A stretch of 21,579 nucleotides of DNA from a virus (IMGVR_UViG_3300032245_001714), one strand, 5' to 3'; positions 1 to 8,732 are shown, counted from the first letter of the stretch. Program-made: numbers and translations. The notes: a model not told the origin generated them from the letters alone.

Positions 1-62
1 TCTACGTCAGAGGTAGCTAAATTATTTAAGCTGAAATCAGTAAATTTTGATATTCTTTTCAT
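1..62 (-). CDS. 5' end of a gene running off the window (MKRISKFTDFSLNNLATSDV...), CTS-like N-terminus
   Basis: Not in the ORF track. ATG at 62-60, open to position 1, GATATATA box 16 nt upstream, and an N-terminus matching the tag of neighbouring genes. Confidence 0.7.
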   Translation of the reverse strand, partial: MKRISKFTDFSLNNLATSDV

Positions 63-77
63 GTTTTATCTTTTTTT

Positions 78-368
78 TTATATATCTCTTTGATTTTTGA
101 CCTTTCCTGAGTATTCTGAGAATTTAAGGATTCCCTTGTCTTCGCCAGATTCTGTGAGCTTTTGATTTGGCTGCATAACAGGAGCATTCTGGATCCATTT
201 TGAAATTCCTAATGTTCTAGCCGCTGCTCTTTCGTGATATGCCTTATGAGGGAATGCACCACAGCTAGGACATTCTTTTTCCGGGTCCTCGATTGATTTC
301 CCGCACCCCGAGCAGACGTCTTGTCTTCTCCTTTCCTCTATTTGGTCGTATGCTTTAATGTTTTCCAT
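78..368 (-). CDS. small zinc-ribbon protein with CTS-like N-terminus
   Basis: CSGC-x10-CPSC Cys pairs; starts MENIKAYDQIEE; 3-nt gap to the upstream gene. Confidence 0.7.
   Translation of the reverse strand: MENIKAYDQIEERRRQDVCSGCGKSIEDPEKECPSCGAFPHKAYHERAAARTLGISKWIQNAPVMQPNQKLTESGEDKGILKFSEYSGKVKNQRDI
79..86 (-). promoter_or_regulatory. putative phage late promoter GATATATA
   Basis: Recurrent RATATATA box, 16 nt upstream of the ATG at 62. Confidence 0.55.
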
Positions 369-371
369 ATG

Positions 372-1601
372 TTAAATAAATTGGAGTAGCTTAGCAGCCT
401 TAATCAATCTTCTTGATAGATCGTCAATATCTTCTTGTGAAGTTGAGAATTCCACCAGATCTTCCAATCTTGGATTTGCTGCTATTTTTCCTTTAAGATC
501 TGTTGATCCGTTTTTAAGTAGGTATTTAATTAAAAGCGCTTTAGCGTTTTTAACTATTTCTGGGTGTGATTGAAGATCTCTTTCTATAAAAACACTAGGT
601 TCAAGGCCTGCTGAAGCTTCAAAGAAATAATCTGCCAGAAGATCGTTAACCTCATTAACTAGAGGATCGTTTCCGTGCCAAATCATTTTTTGGCTTATAT
701 TTTTTCCCTTTGCTCTTCTGAATGTTCTTTTGATGATAGAGAAGAAAACTGCACTCATCATTTCGTTACTTTGAACGTGACATTTAAGGGTATTTTCTCC
801 AGTTCTGAAGTTTACAGAGTTTAGAGGTATCCTATTTGTGTTTGTAACTGTCCAGGTTTCGTAGTCGCTATATCTTGAATTTAAAGTTCCCACGCAAGAT
901 CTAAATAGTGATCCTCCTAAGATCTCTTCTACCAGACTTGCATAAACATTTCTTGTTGTTTCTGCAGCGGTTGAATAAAATCTATATTTAACTATGGCGT
1001 TCTTAGAGATGTCGGTTACAACTTTAATCTCTTTTCCCGAAGAATACTTTTCGATCTTACCAATCAGGGAGAGATCCAATAGTCTCTCAACTGTATCTGT
1101 TTCAACAAGGTCTTTGTTTGACGGATGAGCTAATTCGTCACCTCCGATGATGGGCTTTAGTCTATCTAGAAAAACCTCCTGAGAAACTTTTGATCCAATC
1201 GGAAACATAGTTTCTAGATCTATTCTTTTTTCTGCCTCTCTTTTACTGATAAGCGAAGCGGGAATAATGTTTTTAGCTAATCTCATCCAAAGATGTCTGA
1301 AAAGTTCTTCTATGGTGTCGAAAGATTTTTCTCCGTAAACCTCTTGGCCTTTATAATGTTCTATGTGAAATTTTCCACCATCTTTATATACAAAAGTTCT
1401 TGGCATAGATTGACCGTAAGCTCTTCTTTCAAATCTAACTTTTTCAAACTCTGGTACATCTCTAACGCCAAGAGCGTATAAATCTCTTCCTGCGTCTGTG
1501 TGTCCAAAAGCGTCTAGAACCTCTTTGGTTCTTTCTGTTGGAGTGCCATAGTACCTAGAACCTTCTAGGATGTGATTTTCGTATGATAAAACGTAACTCA
1601 T
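372..1601 (-). CDS. hypothetical protein, 409 aa, CTS-like N-terminus
   Basis: Long ORF in a co-directional run; starts MSYVLSYENHILEG; no family recognised. Confidence 0.8.
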   Translation of the reverse strand: MSYVLSYENHILEGSRYYGTPTERTKEVLDAFGHTDAGRDLYALGVRDVPEFEKVRFERRAYGQSMPRTFVYKDGGKFHIEHYKGQEVYGEKSFDTIEELFRHLWMRLAKNIIPASLISKREAEKRIDLETMFPIGSKVSQEVFLDRLKPIIGGDELAHPSNKDLVETDTVERLLDLSLIGKIEKYSSGKEIKVVTDISKNAIVKYRFYSTAAETTRNVYASLVEEILGGSLFRSCVGTLNSRYSDYETWTVTNTNRIPLNSVNFRTGENTLKCHVQSNEMMSAVFFSIIKRTFRRAKGKNISQKMIWHGNDPLVNEVNDLLADYFFEASAGLEPSVFIERDLQSHPEIVKNAKALLIKYLLKNGSTDLKGKIAANPRLEDLVEFSTSQEDIDDLSRRLIKAAKLLQFI

Positions 1602-1616
1602 CTTTATATTTACTTT

Positions 1617-3197
1617 TTATTTGAATTTGGATAAAATGTTATCTTTATTATCTAATGCCTTTTTCATGATCTCTATTTCTAAAGGTTTCAGATTGGTAAT
1701 TCTACTCTTCATGTGATACAGAATATATTCCATAGTTTCAAAAGCATCAATTGTTGATTGCTTTATTTTTTCCATGCTTTCTTCTGTGTAGTCGTTCTTT
1801 ACTATAGTGTCAAAAACTCTCCAGGTGTTTTCTGTTGATAGTCCGTTCTCCTCAAAGAATTTGACAAATTCTGATACCTTTAGATTCTCCTCGTCTTTTA
1901 CTAGTAGTGAAACTATACCGACTATTTTAGACCATTCCTCTTCTGAAAATTTTCCTTCTAGTATTCCTCTGTTGATGTTAACCAGAGAAGAAACTATTTT
2001 GTTTACTTCCATTTTAGATCCTTCTTTAAAGAAGATTTCTAGAGCTATCTTAATTGATTTCTCTCTTTCAAATTCTCTTAGCACTTTATCGATCACATTC
2101 GAAGGATAATCAAGACCTTTTAGAAATTTATCCAGCGAAATTCCAGTCTTCATTAATTTATTGAATGGTGTTGTTTTATTATTCTTGTCGAAGGCGTCTT
2201 TAACGTTTTGATCCTTATTAACAGTAAGTCCAATTAAACTGTTGACATTTACTGTTGAAAGATTCTTATTGATAAGTATTAGTTGAACGTTTCCTTCGTT
2301 ATATCTCCAGTACTGAGTTTCGCCCTTTACACACCAAGGGGTTGATGCACCTATAACATCAACTGCTTTAGAGTTCCTTGCCGAAACCACGATGTATCCG
2401 TCTTGGTTGCATAAAAATCCCACTTTAGCTCCTAGGCCTTTTATGGTTTCAACTATTTCATCCTCGTCGGTTTGCCAATCCTCTATCCATTTTTTAGAAT
2501 CATCGATTAGATAAGCAAAAGCAGCTTTTGGATTTCTGTACTCGTCATAATACCCATTAGGATACCCTGGGATTGGACTATTTTCATATTTCCCCAATGT
2601 CTCTTCGTAACTTCTCCAAGGTTTTTTTGTGACTTTATCACCCTTTTCGTCTACACCCTCCTTGTTTGGAAGTCGATCTATTTCGTTTGCTATTTCAGTT
2701 AGATCTTTAATTTGCTCCTCTGTTGCTCTTTCAAACTCCTCCTTCATTTTTGGGAGAAGTCCATTATAGAGCTTTCTGAGCTTTATCTTTCTAGGTATGA
2801 GATTAAGATCATCTTGTAGTTTTTCCCATCCTGGAGTTTTATCCTTCTTGGTCGGGATCATTGCTCCGTAATCTTCCAATTTCATCGGAAGGTCTTTGGC
2901 GATGTTTTGCTTAAATTCTTTTAGTAAATCATATATCTCTTGAAGATTCTCCAGTGAAGCTTTTTGATCATAGAGGAATTTAACAAAAAGAGGGGTGTAT
3001 CCGGGATCCTTTTGTACCATGTCCCTGATTTTGATAAAAGAAGGATCCTTTAAGATCTTTTCTTTTATTTCCGCCGGGATCTCAGAGGTCTTAATTTTTT
3101 TACTCTCCGCATATCTTTTCAGCAAATAGTCTTTTGCCATCTGAACGCTTTCAAATATCGGGGTTTTTTCAAAAAAAGTCTTAAATCCTGTTTGCAT
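1617..3197 (-). CDS. hypothetical protein, 526 aa, CTS-like N-terminus, central 'GxxTxWC' (PcfJ-like?) region
   Basis: Long ORF; starts MQTGFKTFFEKTPIFES; contains GASTPWCVKG...YWRY; family assignment tentative. Confidence 0.75.
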   Translation of the reverse strand: MQTGFKTFFEKTPIFESVQMAKDYLLKRYAESKKIKTSEIPAEIKEKILKDPSFIKIRDMVQKDPGYTPLFVKFLYDQKASLENLQEIYDLLKEFKQNIAKDLPMKLEDYGAMIPTKKDKTPGWEKLQDDLNLIPRKIKLRKLYNGLLPKMKEEFERATEEQIKDLTEIANEIDRLPNKEGVDEKGDKVTKKPWRSYEETLGKYENSPIPGYPNGYYDEYRNPKAAFAYLIDDSKKWIEDWQTDEDEIVETIKGLGAKVGFLCNQDGYIVVSARNSKAVDVIGASTPWCVKGETQYWRYNEGNVQLILINKNLSTVNVNSLIGLTVNKDQNVKDAFDKNNKTTPFNKLMKTGISLDKFLKGLDYPSNVIDKVLREFEREKSIKIALEIFFKEGSKMEVNKIVSSLVNINRGILEGKFSEEEWSKIVGIVSLLVKDEENLKVSEFVKFFEENGLSTENTWRVFDTIVKNDYTEESMEKIKQSTIDAFETMEYILYHMKSRITNLKPLEIEIMKKALDNKDNILSKFK

Positions 3198-3220
3198 GCT
3201 TTATCTTAGAATTATATCTG

Positions 3221-3230
3221 GATATATATT
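3221..3230. promoter_or_regulatory. overlapping divergent late-type promoter boxes (GATATATA on +, AATATATA on -)
   Basis: GATATATATT reads RATATATA on both strands, 21 nt before ATG 3250 (+) and 25 nt before ATG 3197 (-). Confidence 0.6.
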
Positions 3231-3249
3231 CAAACTAAAATATCTAATA

Positions 3250-3522
3250 ATGAGAGTTTTAACTAAACTAGATGAATTTATAGCATCTCAACCAAAAACA
3301 AGTCCAAATCAGCCGACAACAAAGCCGGCTCCATCTACGACTCCTGCTCCAACGACAACTCCTAATAGACCAAGCCCCATAAGAAGGGATAAACCTTCAA
3401 AAGAGGGACAGCCTAAGGCCAAAGCTGAGGATGTGGTAAAGAGGTTTATGAAGGAACTAAGAAACCAGAAGATGGATATAAACTTTGACATTCAAATATT
3501 AAAAGACAGATACGATGATTAA
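3250..3522 (+). CDS. small Pro/Thr-rich protein, 90 aa (start moved from 3196 to 3250)
   Basis: ATG 3250 follows the RATATATA box and avoids overlap with the divergent gene; starts MRVLTKLDEFIAS; PTTKPAPSTTPAPTTTP linker. Confidence 0.75.
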   Translation: MRVLTKLDEFIASQPKTSPNQPTTKPAPSTTPAPTTTPNRPSPIRRDKPSKEGQPKAKAEDVVKRFMKELRNQKMDINFDIQILKDRYDD

Positions 3523-4927
3523 GACATTTTTTGATAAAATCGACGAGGCTTCTCTAAAAGGGAATCCTGCCATCCCAGGGGAAGGCGGAAAAAGCGGAAA
3601 CTACCTAAAATCGGTTGAAGCTAGAGCAAAAGCAAGAAACAGAGAATTGGAATCCAGATATGGAAGGGATATCCCCATGTTTATGTCTCTTGTTAGTGAA
3701 GTTAGAGCGATTCAGAGCGGCCACGAGAAAGAATTGGCTACTGCTGCTAAGAAATTAATTCTATCCCTATACGGCAGTATTTTGGATGGAGTTGAATTGA
3801 ATATAAAATTTCCAGAGAGCAAGGAAATAGAAAAAATGATGAAGGATGTTCCCAAAGAAGAGCCCAAAGACGATGTTAATTTAAAGAAACTTGAAGACGA
3901 GGGCGTAATATCTGAAATCCAAAGAAGAAAGATAGGGAATAATATATCCCAGGGTGAAGCAAAAAATGTTAAAAAGGTTTTGGCTATGCCAGAAACCATA
4001 GAAGAATTTGCAAGAATATTTTCCAAAGGAAAAAGTGAGGCTGAAGGAAAGAGCTTGGCAAAGAAATACAAAGACCTTCTAATTAAAATCTCCGATATTG
4101 CCGGATTCTTTGACTGGATGATTCCCATGGAAGTTCAATTGGAGATGTGGACAAGGGATAAATCGGGATTCTCTGGATCTGTTAAGATTGAATGGGAAAG
4201 TTCAGAAGCTCAGGAAGAAGATGAGACAAAAAAGAACATTATGGATGGACTTTCTGAAAGTCCTGATCTTCCTGATGAAACTGAGGAATTATTCAACGAG
4301 ATTGGTCCAACTATAAACGCTATAGGTACAGATTTCTCTATGCTTATTCATGAAACTATTAAAGGCATATACGATCTAATCGTTGCAGCTTCTATACCTG
4401 AAGATGAGGAGTTAGCAGACACTGTTATTCTAAATACTGACACTTTAGCTGACGAATTAGAAGATCTTAGATACGGCCCAGAATTGGCGGCGGACCTAAG
4501 GGATTATCTCAACACTTTTAAAGAGTCAAGTGAGATTGAAAATTTTAGGGAGCACATTTTCGGTAAAATGATGAGAATTCAGGACCCTAAAGAATTCCTA
4601 GAGCTTTTCTTTAAGATCTTAGATCAAGACGATGATTCAAGAGACGTGATTAAAGAAATGGCCAGAGAAATCAAAGAGGAGATTTCAAAATACGATCTTA
4701 AAGCCTCGGGGATTGAAATGGAAGAGCCAGAGATGGAATTACCAGTAACTAAGGTGGTTGACTATAAACAAATGTCTCAAAAAGATATCCAAGCAGAAGT
4801 TGATAAAGCTCTAGATGCTGAAGATTACGAAAAAGTGAAAGAATTATCACAGTATCTGAAAGAATCAAGAAGATATAAAGTTTACGAAAAGCTAAATGCT
4901 TATCCTTATAACACAAGTGAAGATTAA
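3515..4927 (+). CDS. acidic hypothetical protein, 470 aa, CTS-like N-terminus, C-terminal UVR-like helical hairpin
   Basis: Start overlaps the end of the preceding gene by 8 nt; starts MIKTFFDKIDEA; ends with ...VDKALDAEDYEKVKELSQYL. Confidence 0.8.
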   Translation: MIKTFFDKIDEASLKGNPAIPGEGGKSGNYLKSVEARAKARNRELESRYGRDIPMFMSLVSEVRAIQSGHEKELATAAKKLILSLYGSILDGVELNIKFPESKEIEKMMKDVPKEEPKDDVNLKKLEDEGVISEIQRRKIGNNISQGEAKNVKKVLAMPETIEEFARIFSKGKSEAEGKSLAKKYKDLLIKISDIAGFFDWMIPMEVQLEMWTRDKSGFSGSVKIEWESSEAQEEDETKKNIMDGLSESPDLPDETEELFNEIGPTINAIGTDFSMLIHETIKGIYDLIVAASIPEDEELADTVILNTDTLADELEDLRYGPELAADLRDYLNTFKESSEIENFREHIFGKMMRIQDPKEFLELFFKILDQDDDSRDVIKEMAREIKEEISKYDLKASGIEMEEPEMELPVTKVVDYKQMSQKDIQAEVDKALDAEDYEKVKELSQYLKESRRYKVYEKLNAYPYNTSED

Positions 4928-4935
4928 ACAAATAT

Positions 4936-5205
4936 ATGAAAAAATCAATTAAATGTGAAGTTTTTCTCCACGAGAGAGATAGATTTATACTAAAGGAAGT
5001 CAAAGTTCTATCAGTTGAATATACCGATTCTTTAACTCCTGCTGATATCTCTTCTCAGCTTATTCCGGTCCTTGTAAACCCAGATAAAACTGATGTCATA
5101 AAAGAGGAAACTTGGGAACCAGGAAAAAAGATAGAGGTTTCTAGCGATCGGGACGTTAAGGATCAAATTATACTTGAATATTGTCTTTACCTGAGAGATA
5201 AGTAA
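4936..5205 (+). CDS. hypothetical protein, 89 aa
   Basis: 8 nt after the previous stop, same strand, A-rich leader. Confidence 0.65.
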   Translation: MKKSIKCEVFLHERDRFILKEVKVLSVEYTDSLTPADISSQLIPVLVNPDKTDVIKEETWEPGKKIEVSSDRDVKDQIILEYCLYLRDK

Positions 5206-5206
5206 A

Positions 5207-5872
5207 TTACGGCCTATAGGTCTTGAAGTGATCAGAAAATTTCTTGGATTCTATTTCGATCCCCTTAATGGATTGCATTCTTGGTATTATCCCAGTGGAA
5301 AGATAGGCTTGGATCTCATCGTTTACCACCTCTTTGCAATAACCCATTCCTAGAATTACCTTAGATAGCTGGGTGTATATGGGCTTTTTAATTCCCTTTA
5401 TCAGTTTGGTAACACCCGCTTTATATTTGGAATCAACATAGAAAAGACCGTGTGCCACCTCGTGGTCCATTGTTTTGCTGTTAAGCTTATCAACTCCTAT
5501 TAAATAGAACCTCGTATTGTTATTCTTCCCTTCCTTTACTTTGTCCAAAATGGATTTCATGATGTAGTCATAGGGTGTGGGAAAAAGTCCGTTACGAGCG
5601 TCTAAAACGTGTTTAGTGCACTTCTCGACAATATCTCCTGGAACGTTAAAACCGGCCCAATCTACGGGATAAGTAAACGATTCGGAATTGTGGTGCTTTC
5701 TGTATCTGTCCATGAACTCAAAGATGTCAAAATGCTTTCCCTTGATCTCTGGGAATGCTGACTCGTAGTGCTCCTGACATCTCAAAAAAAGCATCGCTCT
5801 CTGGTATGAGTCCTTAACTATGACAGCAAAAATTCCGGGATGTATTTCTTTTAAAGTGTAGTCTATCTCCAT
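5207..5872 (-). CDS. putative zinc metallopeptidase-like (HExxH) protein; start likely ATG 5872 rather than TTG 5890
   Basis: DHEVAHG motif; TAACTTTG box 20 nt upstream of ATG 5872. Confidence 0.6.
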   Translation of the reverse strand: MEIDYTLKEIHPGIFAVIVKDSYQRAMLFLRCQEHYESAFPEIKGKHFDIFEFMDRYRKHHNSESFTYPVDWAGFNVPGDIVEKCTKHVLDARNGLFPTPYDYIMKSILDKVKEGKNNNTRFYLIGVDKLNSKTMDHEVAHGLFYVDSKYKAGVTKLIKGIKKPIYTQLSKVILGMGYCKEVVNDEIQAYLSTGIIPRMQSIKGIEIESKKFSDHFKTYRP

Positions 5873-5892
5873 TTTATATCTTTTATACAAGA

Positions 5893-5900
5893 CAAAGTTA
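5893..5900 (-). promoter_or_regulatory. Bacteroidota primary-sigma -7 box (TAACTTTG)
   Basis: Exact TAnnTTTG, 20 nt upstream of ATG 5872; a T-run rather than TTTG at the -33 position. Confidence 0.55.
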
Positions 5901-5945
5901 ACCTCTAATCTCGGTTAAAAAAATAAAAGTCTGATTTTTTTTAAA

Positions 5946-5953
5946 GATATATA
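5946..5953 (+). promoter_or_regulatory. putative phage late promoter GATATATA
   Basis: 24 nt upstream of ATG 5978. Confidence 0.6.
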
Positions 5954-5977
5954 AAGAAACATCAAAATACGTATAAA

Positions 5978-7210
5978 ATGGGAATAATTAAAAGCTTTAA
6001 AGCATTTATAAATGAATCGATTATTAACGAAGCAGCTGGGGAAGATAATAAAAGTATCGTTTTTCTAAGCGGTAGGGCTAGTTCTACTAGACTAGGAGAA
6101 GACGTAGCTAAGCAGCTGGGAATTAAAAAGGATGTTATCTACACAGTGGAATTACCTTCTTTCGGTTCTTTGGCCTTTATAGCTAATAAAGAATCCGGAC
6201 CTGCTGGGAACTTCACCTTAGGTGCAGAGAAAAATAACAAAATCAAAATCACCGACACTGGTAAAAAAAGCGTGGGTAAAGATGTTCTTATTGTTAACGG
6301 CAAGGGAATTAAAGATGGCAAAGGAACAATACTTTTTGAGAAGGAGGAAGTATTAGGTAAATCTCTAACCATCACTGCTTCTAATAATGGATTTTTGGCA
6401 ATGGTTAGATTGGGATCTGCTATGCTACAGTGTGCAGCTAAATCTAAAGAGATGGTTAAGCCATCCGGACTTTCTTGGTTCAATGCAACCAACTCGTCTA
6501 TTGAACTTGGACTAGGTGGAAATCCTAAAGAAGAATCTTCTAGAGAAGGCTTATTCACATATGCAATCACAAACTCGTATACGCCAACGTATAATGTTAT
6601 AAAACATATGATTAGTATTTGTATTGCTAAGTCTGCTGCTCCTGCAAATCAACCAGATGAATTAACTTTCCTAGATTACAAGGATGATAGCTGGACGGCG
6701 GAATTATTAAAGAGAACAAAAGGGGTTACTGACAGAGAGGAGATTTATAAAATTGCTGGAAAATACCTTGATGACTCAATAAATATAGCAAGAACCATTA
6801 GAATTAAGACTAATGATCTTATTAACGATCAGGAAATTAAGGCTAGCGATTTATGGTTTGATTACGTTAGCAACATCAAAAAATACACATCAAAGAAAAG
6901 AGTAGGATCTGGTGAAAAAGCCAGAGAAATTGTTACTCTTACCCCCGAAGGTTCTACTGAAGCAATAAAGTTACATAACGGATTGGCAAAAAGATTAGCT
7001 CCATCGAAGTTACCTGCACCGTTTAAAGCTTCTGAAAATCTTCTAAAAACAGCTAAGGAAATAGTTACATATGCTTGCGAATTCCCTACTAAGGGTAATT
7101 ACAATGGTCCATTAGAAAATTGCCAGGTTAAACACACTTTCACATCTGGAGTATCCCCATATGGATCTGCTAAATCCGAAGAAACAAAATACAAAGAGGG
7201 TAAATTCTAA
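5978..7210 (+). CDS. hypothetical protein, 410 aa, strong CTS-like N-terminus
   Basis: Starts MGIIKSFKAFINESIINEA; own promoter box upstream and terminator downstream; no family recognised. Confidence 0.85.
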   Translation: MGIIKSFKAFINESIINEAAGEDNKSIVFLSGRASSTRLGEDVAKQLGIKKDVIYTVELPSFGSLAFIANKESGPAGNFTLGAEKNNKIKITDTGKKSVGKDVLIVNGKGIKDGKGTILFEKEEVLGKSLTITASNNGFLAMVRLGSAMLQCAAKSKEMVKPSGLSWFNATNSSIELGLGGNPKEESSREGLFTYAITNSYTPTYNVIKHMISICIAKSAAPANQPDELTFLDYKDDSWTAELLKRTKGVTDREEIYKIAGKYLDDSINIARTIRIKTNDLINDQEIKASDLWFDYVSNIKKYTSKKRVGSGEKAREIVTLTPEGSTEAIKLHNGLAKRLAPSKLPAPFKASENLLKTAKEIVTYACEFPTKGNYNGPLENCQVKHTFTSGVSPYGSAKSEETKYKEGKF

Positions 7211-7225
7211 TAAACAGTAATACAT

Positions 7226-7256
7226 AAAAAAAGCCAGATGAGAGTCTGGCTTTTTT
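7226..7256. terminator. bidirectional intrinsic terminator
   Basis: A7-GCCAGA-tgagag-TCTGGC-T6 between convergent genes. Confidence 0.85.
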
Positions 7257-7273
7257 GTTGGACTGTGAATTAT

Positions 7274-7738
7274 TTAGAATAAACCATTTTTAGGATCTCT
7301 TGCCTGTACCACGATCAGAACTGTATTTCCGTATTCCTTATAATATGTAAATGCAGCAAACGGATCTGATCCTTTATCAATGGAATTAGTGTTAACCCCC
7401 TCTCCAGATCCACTTATAGGTACAGATGTACCATAAACGAAGTCTCCCTCAAAAACATACACCTCCTTATCATAAGGAACCCCTTTACGTCTAAGAGATT
7501 TCTCGAGACGATTGAGATTTTCTGGAGTTTTATGCTGAAGTGAAACCCCTTGATTGTACCAGTTGATTTTACAAACTGTCATGGAATCATTAGGAGAAAA
7601 TCCCGAATTGGGATCCATTTCATAAAGACTCATCTTGGATGATTCCTTTAAATATTTAACAAATTGGGTCTTAATATCAGTTTGGGCATTTGCACCGATT
7701 GCCAAAAATAATGACAGGATTAAAGCTAATTTTTTCAT
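7274..7738 (-). CDS. secreted hypothetical protein with Sec signal peptide
   Basis: MKKLALILSLFLAIGANA|QTD: basic N-terminus, hydrophobic core, AxA site, Gln at +1. Confidence 0.8.
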   Translation of the reverse strand: MKKLALILSLFLAIGANAQTDIKTQFVKYLKESSKMSLYEMDPNSGFSPNDSMTVCKINWYNQGVSLQHKTPENLNRLEKSLRRKGVPYDKEVYVFEGDFVYGTSVPISGSGEGVNTNSIDKGSDPFAAFTYYKEYGNTVLIVVQARDPKNGLF

Positions 7739-7757
7739 ATCTTTTGTTTTTATGTCC

Positions 7758-7765
7758 CAAATATA
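7758..7765 (-). promoter_or_regulatory. Bacteroidota primary-sigma -7 box (TATATTTG)
   Basis: Exact TAnnTTTG, 19 nt upstream of ATG 7738. Confidence 0.55.
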
Positions 7766-7855
7766 GTTCAGACATTCGATATAAAAAAATTTCTGAGGAG
7801 TATTTTTAACCCCAACCCTAAATTGTTAGACATTCCCGAATTCTGGCTTATCTTG

Positions 7856-7863
7856 AATATATA
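7856..7863 (+). promoter_or_regulatory. putative phage late promoter AATATATA
   Basis: 20 nt upstream of the endolysin ATG 7884. Confidence 0.6.
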
Positions 7864-7883
7864 AAGCAAAAACCGATCAAATT

Positions 7884-8717
7884 ATGTTACTAAAGAAAGG
7901 GTCTAAAGGAGATGACGTAAAAAAACTCCAGGAAAAATTAGGATTAAGTGCTGACGGCAATTTTGGCCCAGGCACAGAGGAAGCGGTAAAAGCATTTCAA
8001 ACAAAAAGCGGATTGACCCCAGACGGTCTAGTCGGAGATGGCACTTGGTCTAAGTTATTCGGTGCAGCTCAGGTAGAAGCTCCGGTAGCAGCTCCGGTAG
8101 CTAGCATTCCGCCTTCTTCTTTCAAATTAGATAAGCTTAAAGGTCACGTTCCTGATGCTGTTATTGCTCAGATCCCTGACACAGCAGCTAAATTCAACAT
8201 CACTACACCTCTAAGACTAGCACATTTCCTAGCTCAGTGTGGTCACGAATCTGGAAACTTTAAAGCAGTTAGTGAGAACCTTAATTATTCAGCAGATGGT
8301 CTTAAAAAGATCTTCCCTAAATATTTCCCAGGTAATCTGAATGAATCTTATGCAAGACAACCTGAAAAAATCGCCGCAAGAGTTTATGGTGGTAGAATGG
8401 GTAACGGAGACGAAGCTTCAGGAGAAGGATACAGATTTAGAGGAAGAGGCTATATTCAATTAACAGGTAAAGAAAACTATAAAGCTTTTGACGCAACAGT
8501 TGAGGATGATATCTTAGCAAACCCGGATTTAGTTGCTACTAAATACCCTTTGATGTCAGCAGCTTTCTTCTTCAATAACAATAAACTCTGGTCAATTTGC
8601 GATCTGGGTGCTACTGAAGATGTAGTAAAAAAAGTTACATTGAGAGTAAATGGTGGTCAAATTGGAATTTTAGATCGAATTAAGCATTTCAACGAGTTTT
8701 ATGCTCTTTTAAAATAA
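7884..8717 (+). CDS. endolysin: N-terminal PG_binding_1 domain + glycoside hydrolase family 19
   Basis: LKKGSKGDDVKKLQEKL...DGNFGPGT...DGLVGDGTW (PG-binding); HFLAQCGHESG, ENLNYS, RGRGYIQLTGKENY, VNGG (GH19). Confidence 0.92.
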   Translation: MLLKKGSKGDDVKKLQEKLGLSADGNFGPGTEEAVKAFQTKSGLTPDGLVGDGTWSKLFGAAQVEAPVAAPVASIPPSSFKLDKLKGHVPDAVIAQIPDTAAKFNITTPLRLAHFLAQCGHESGNFKAVSENLNYSADGLKKIFPKYFPGNLNESYARQPEKIAARVYGGRMGNGDEASGEGYRFRGRGYIQLTGKENYKAFDATVEDDILANPDLVATKYPLMSAAFFFNNNKLWSICDLGATEDVVKKVTLRVNGGQIGILDRIKHFNEFYALLK

Positions 8718-8732
8718 TTAAAATACTATAGA

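Noticed and set aside
4340-4375. HETIKG as a metalloprotease motif in the 470-aa protein
   Set aside because: The second His is missing (HExxK).
8083-8105. Direct repeat GCTCCGGTAGC x2
   Set aside because: It simply encodes the APVA-APVA linker between the endolysin domains.
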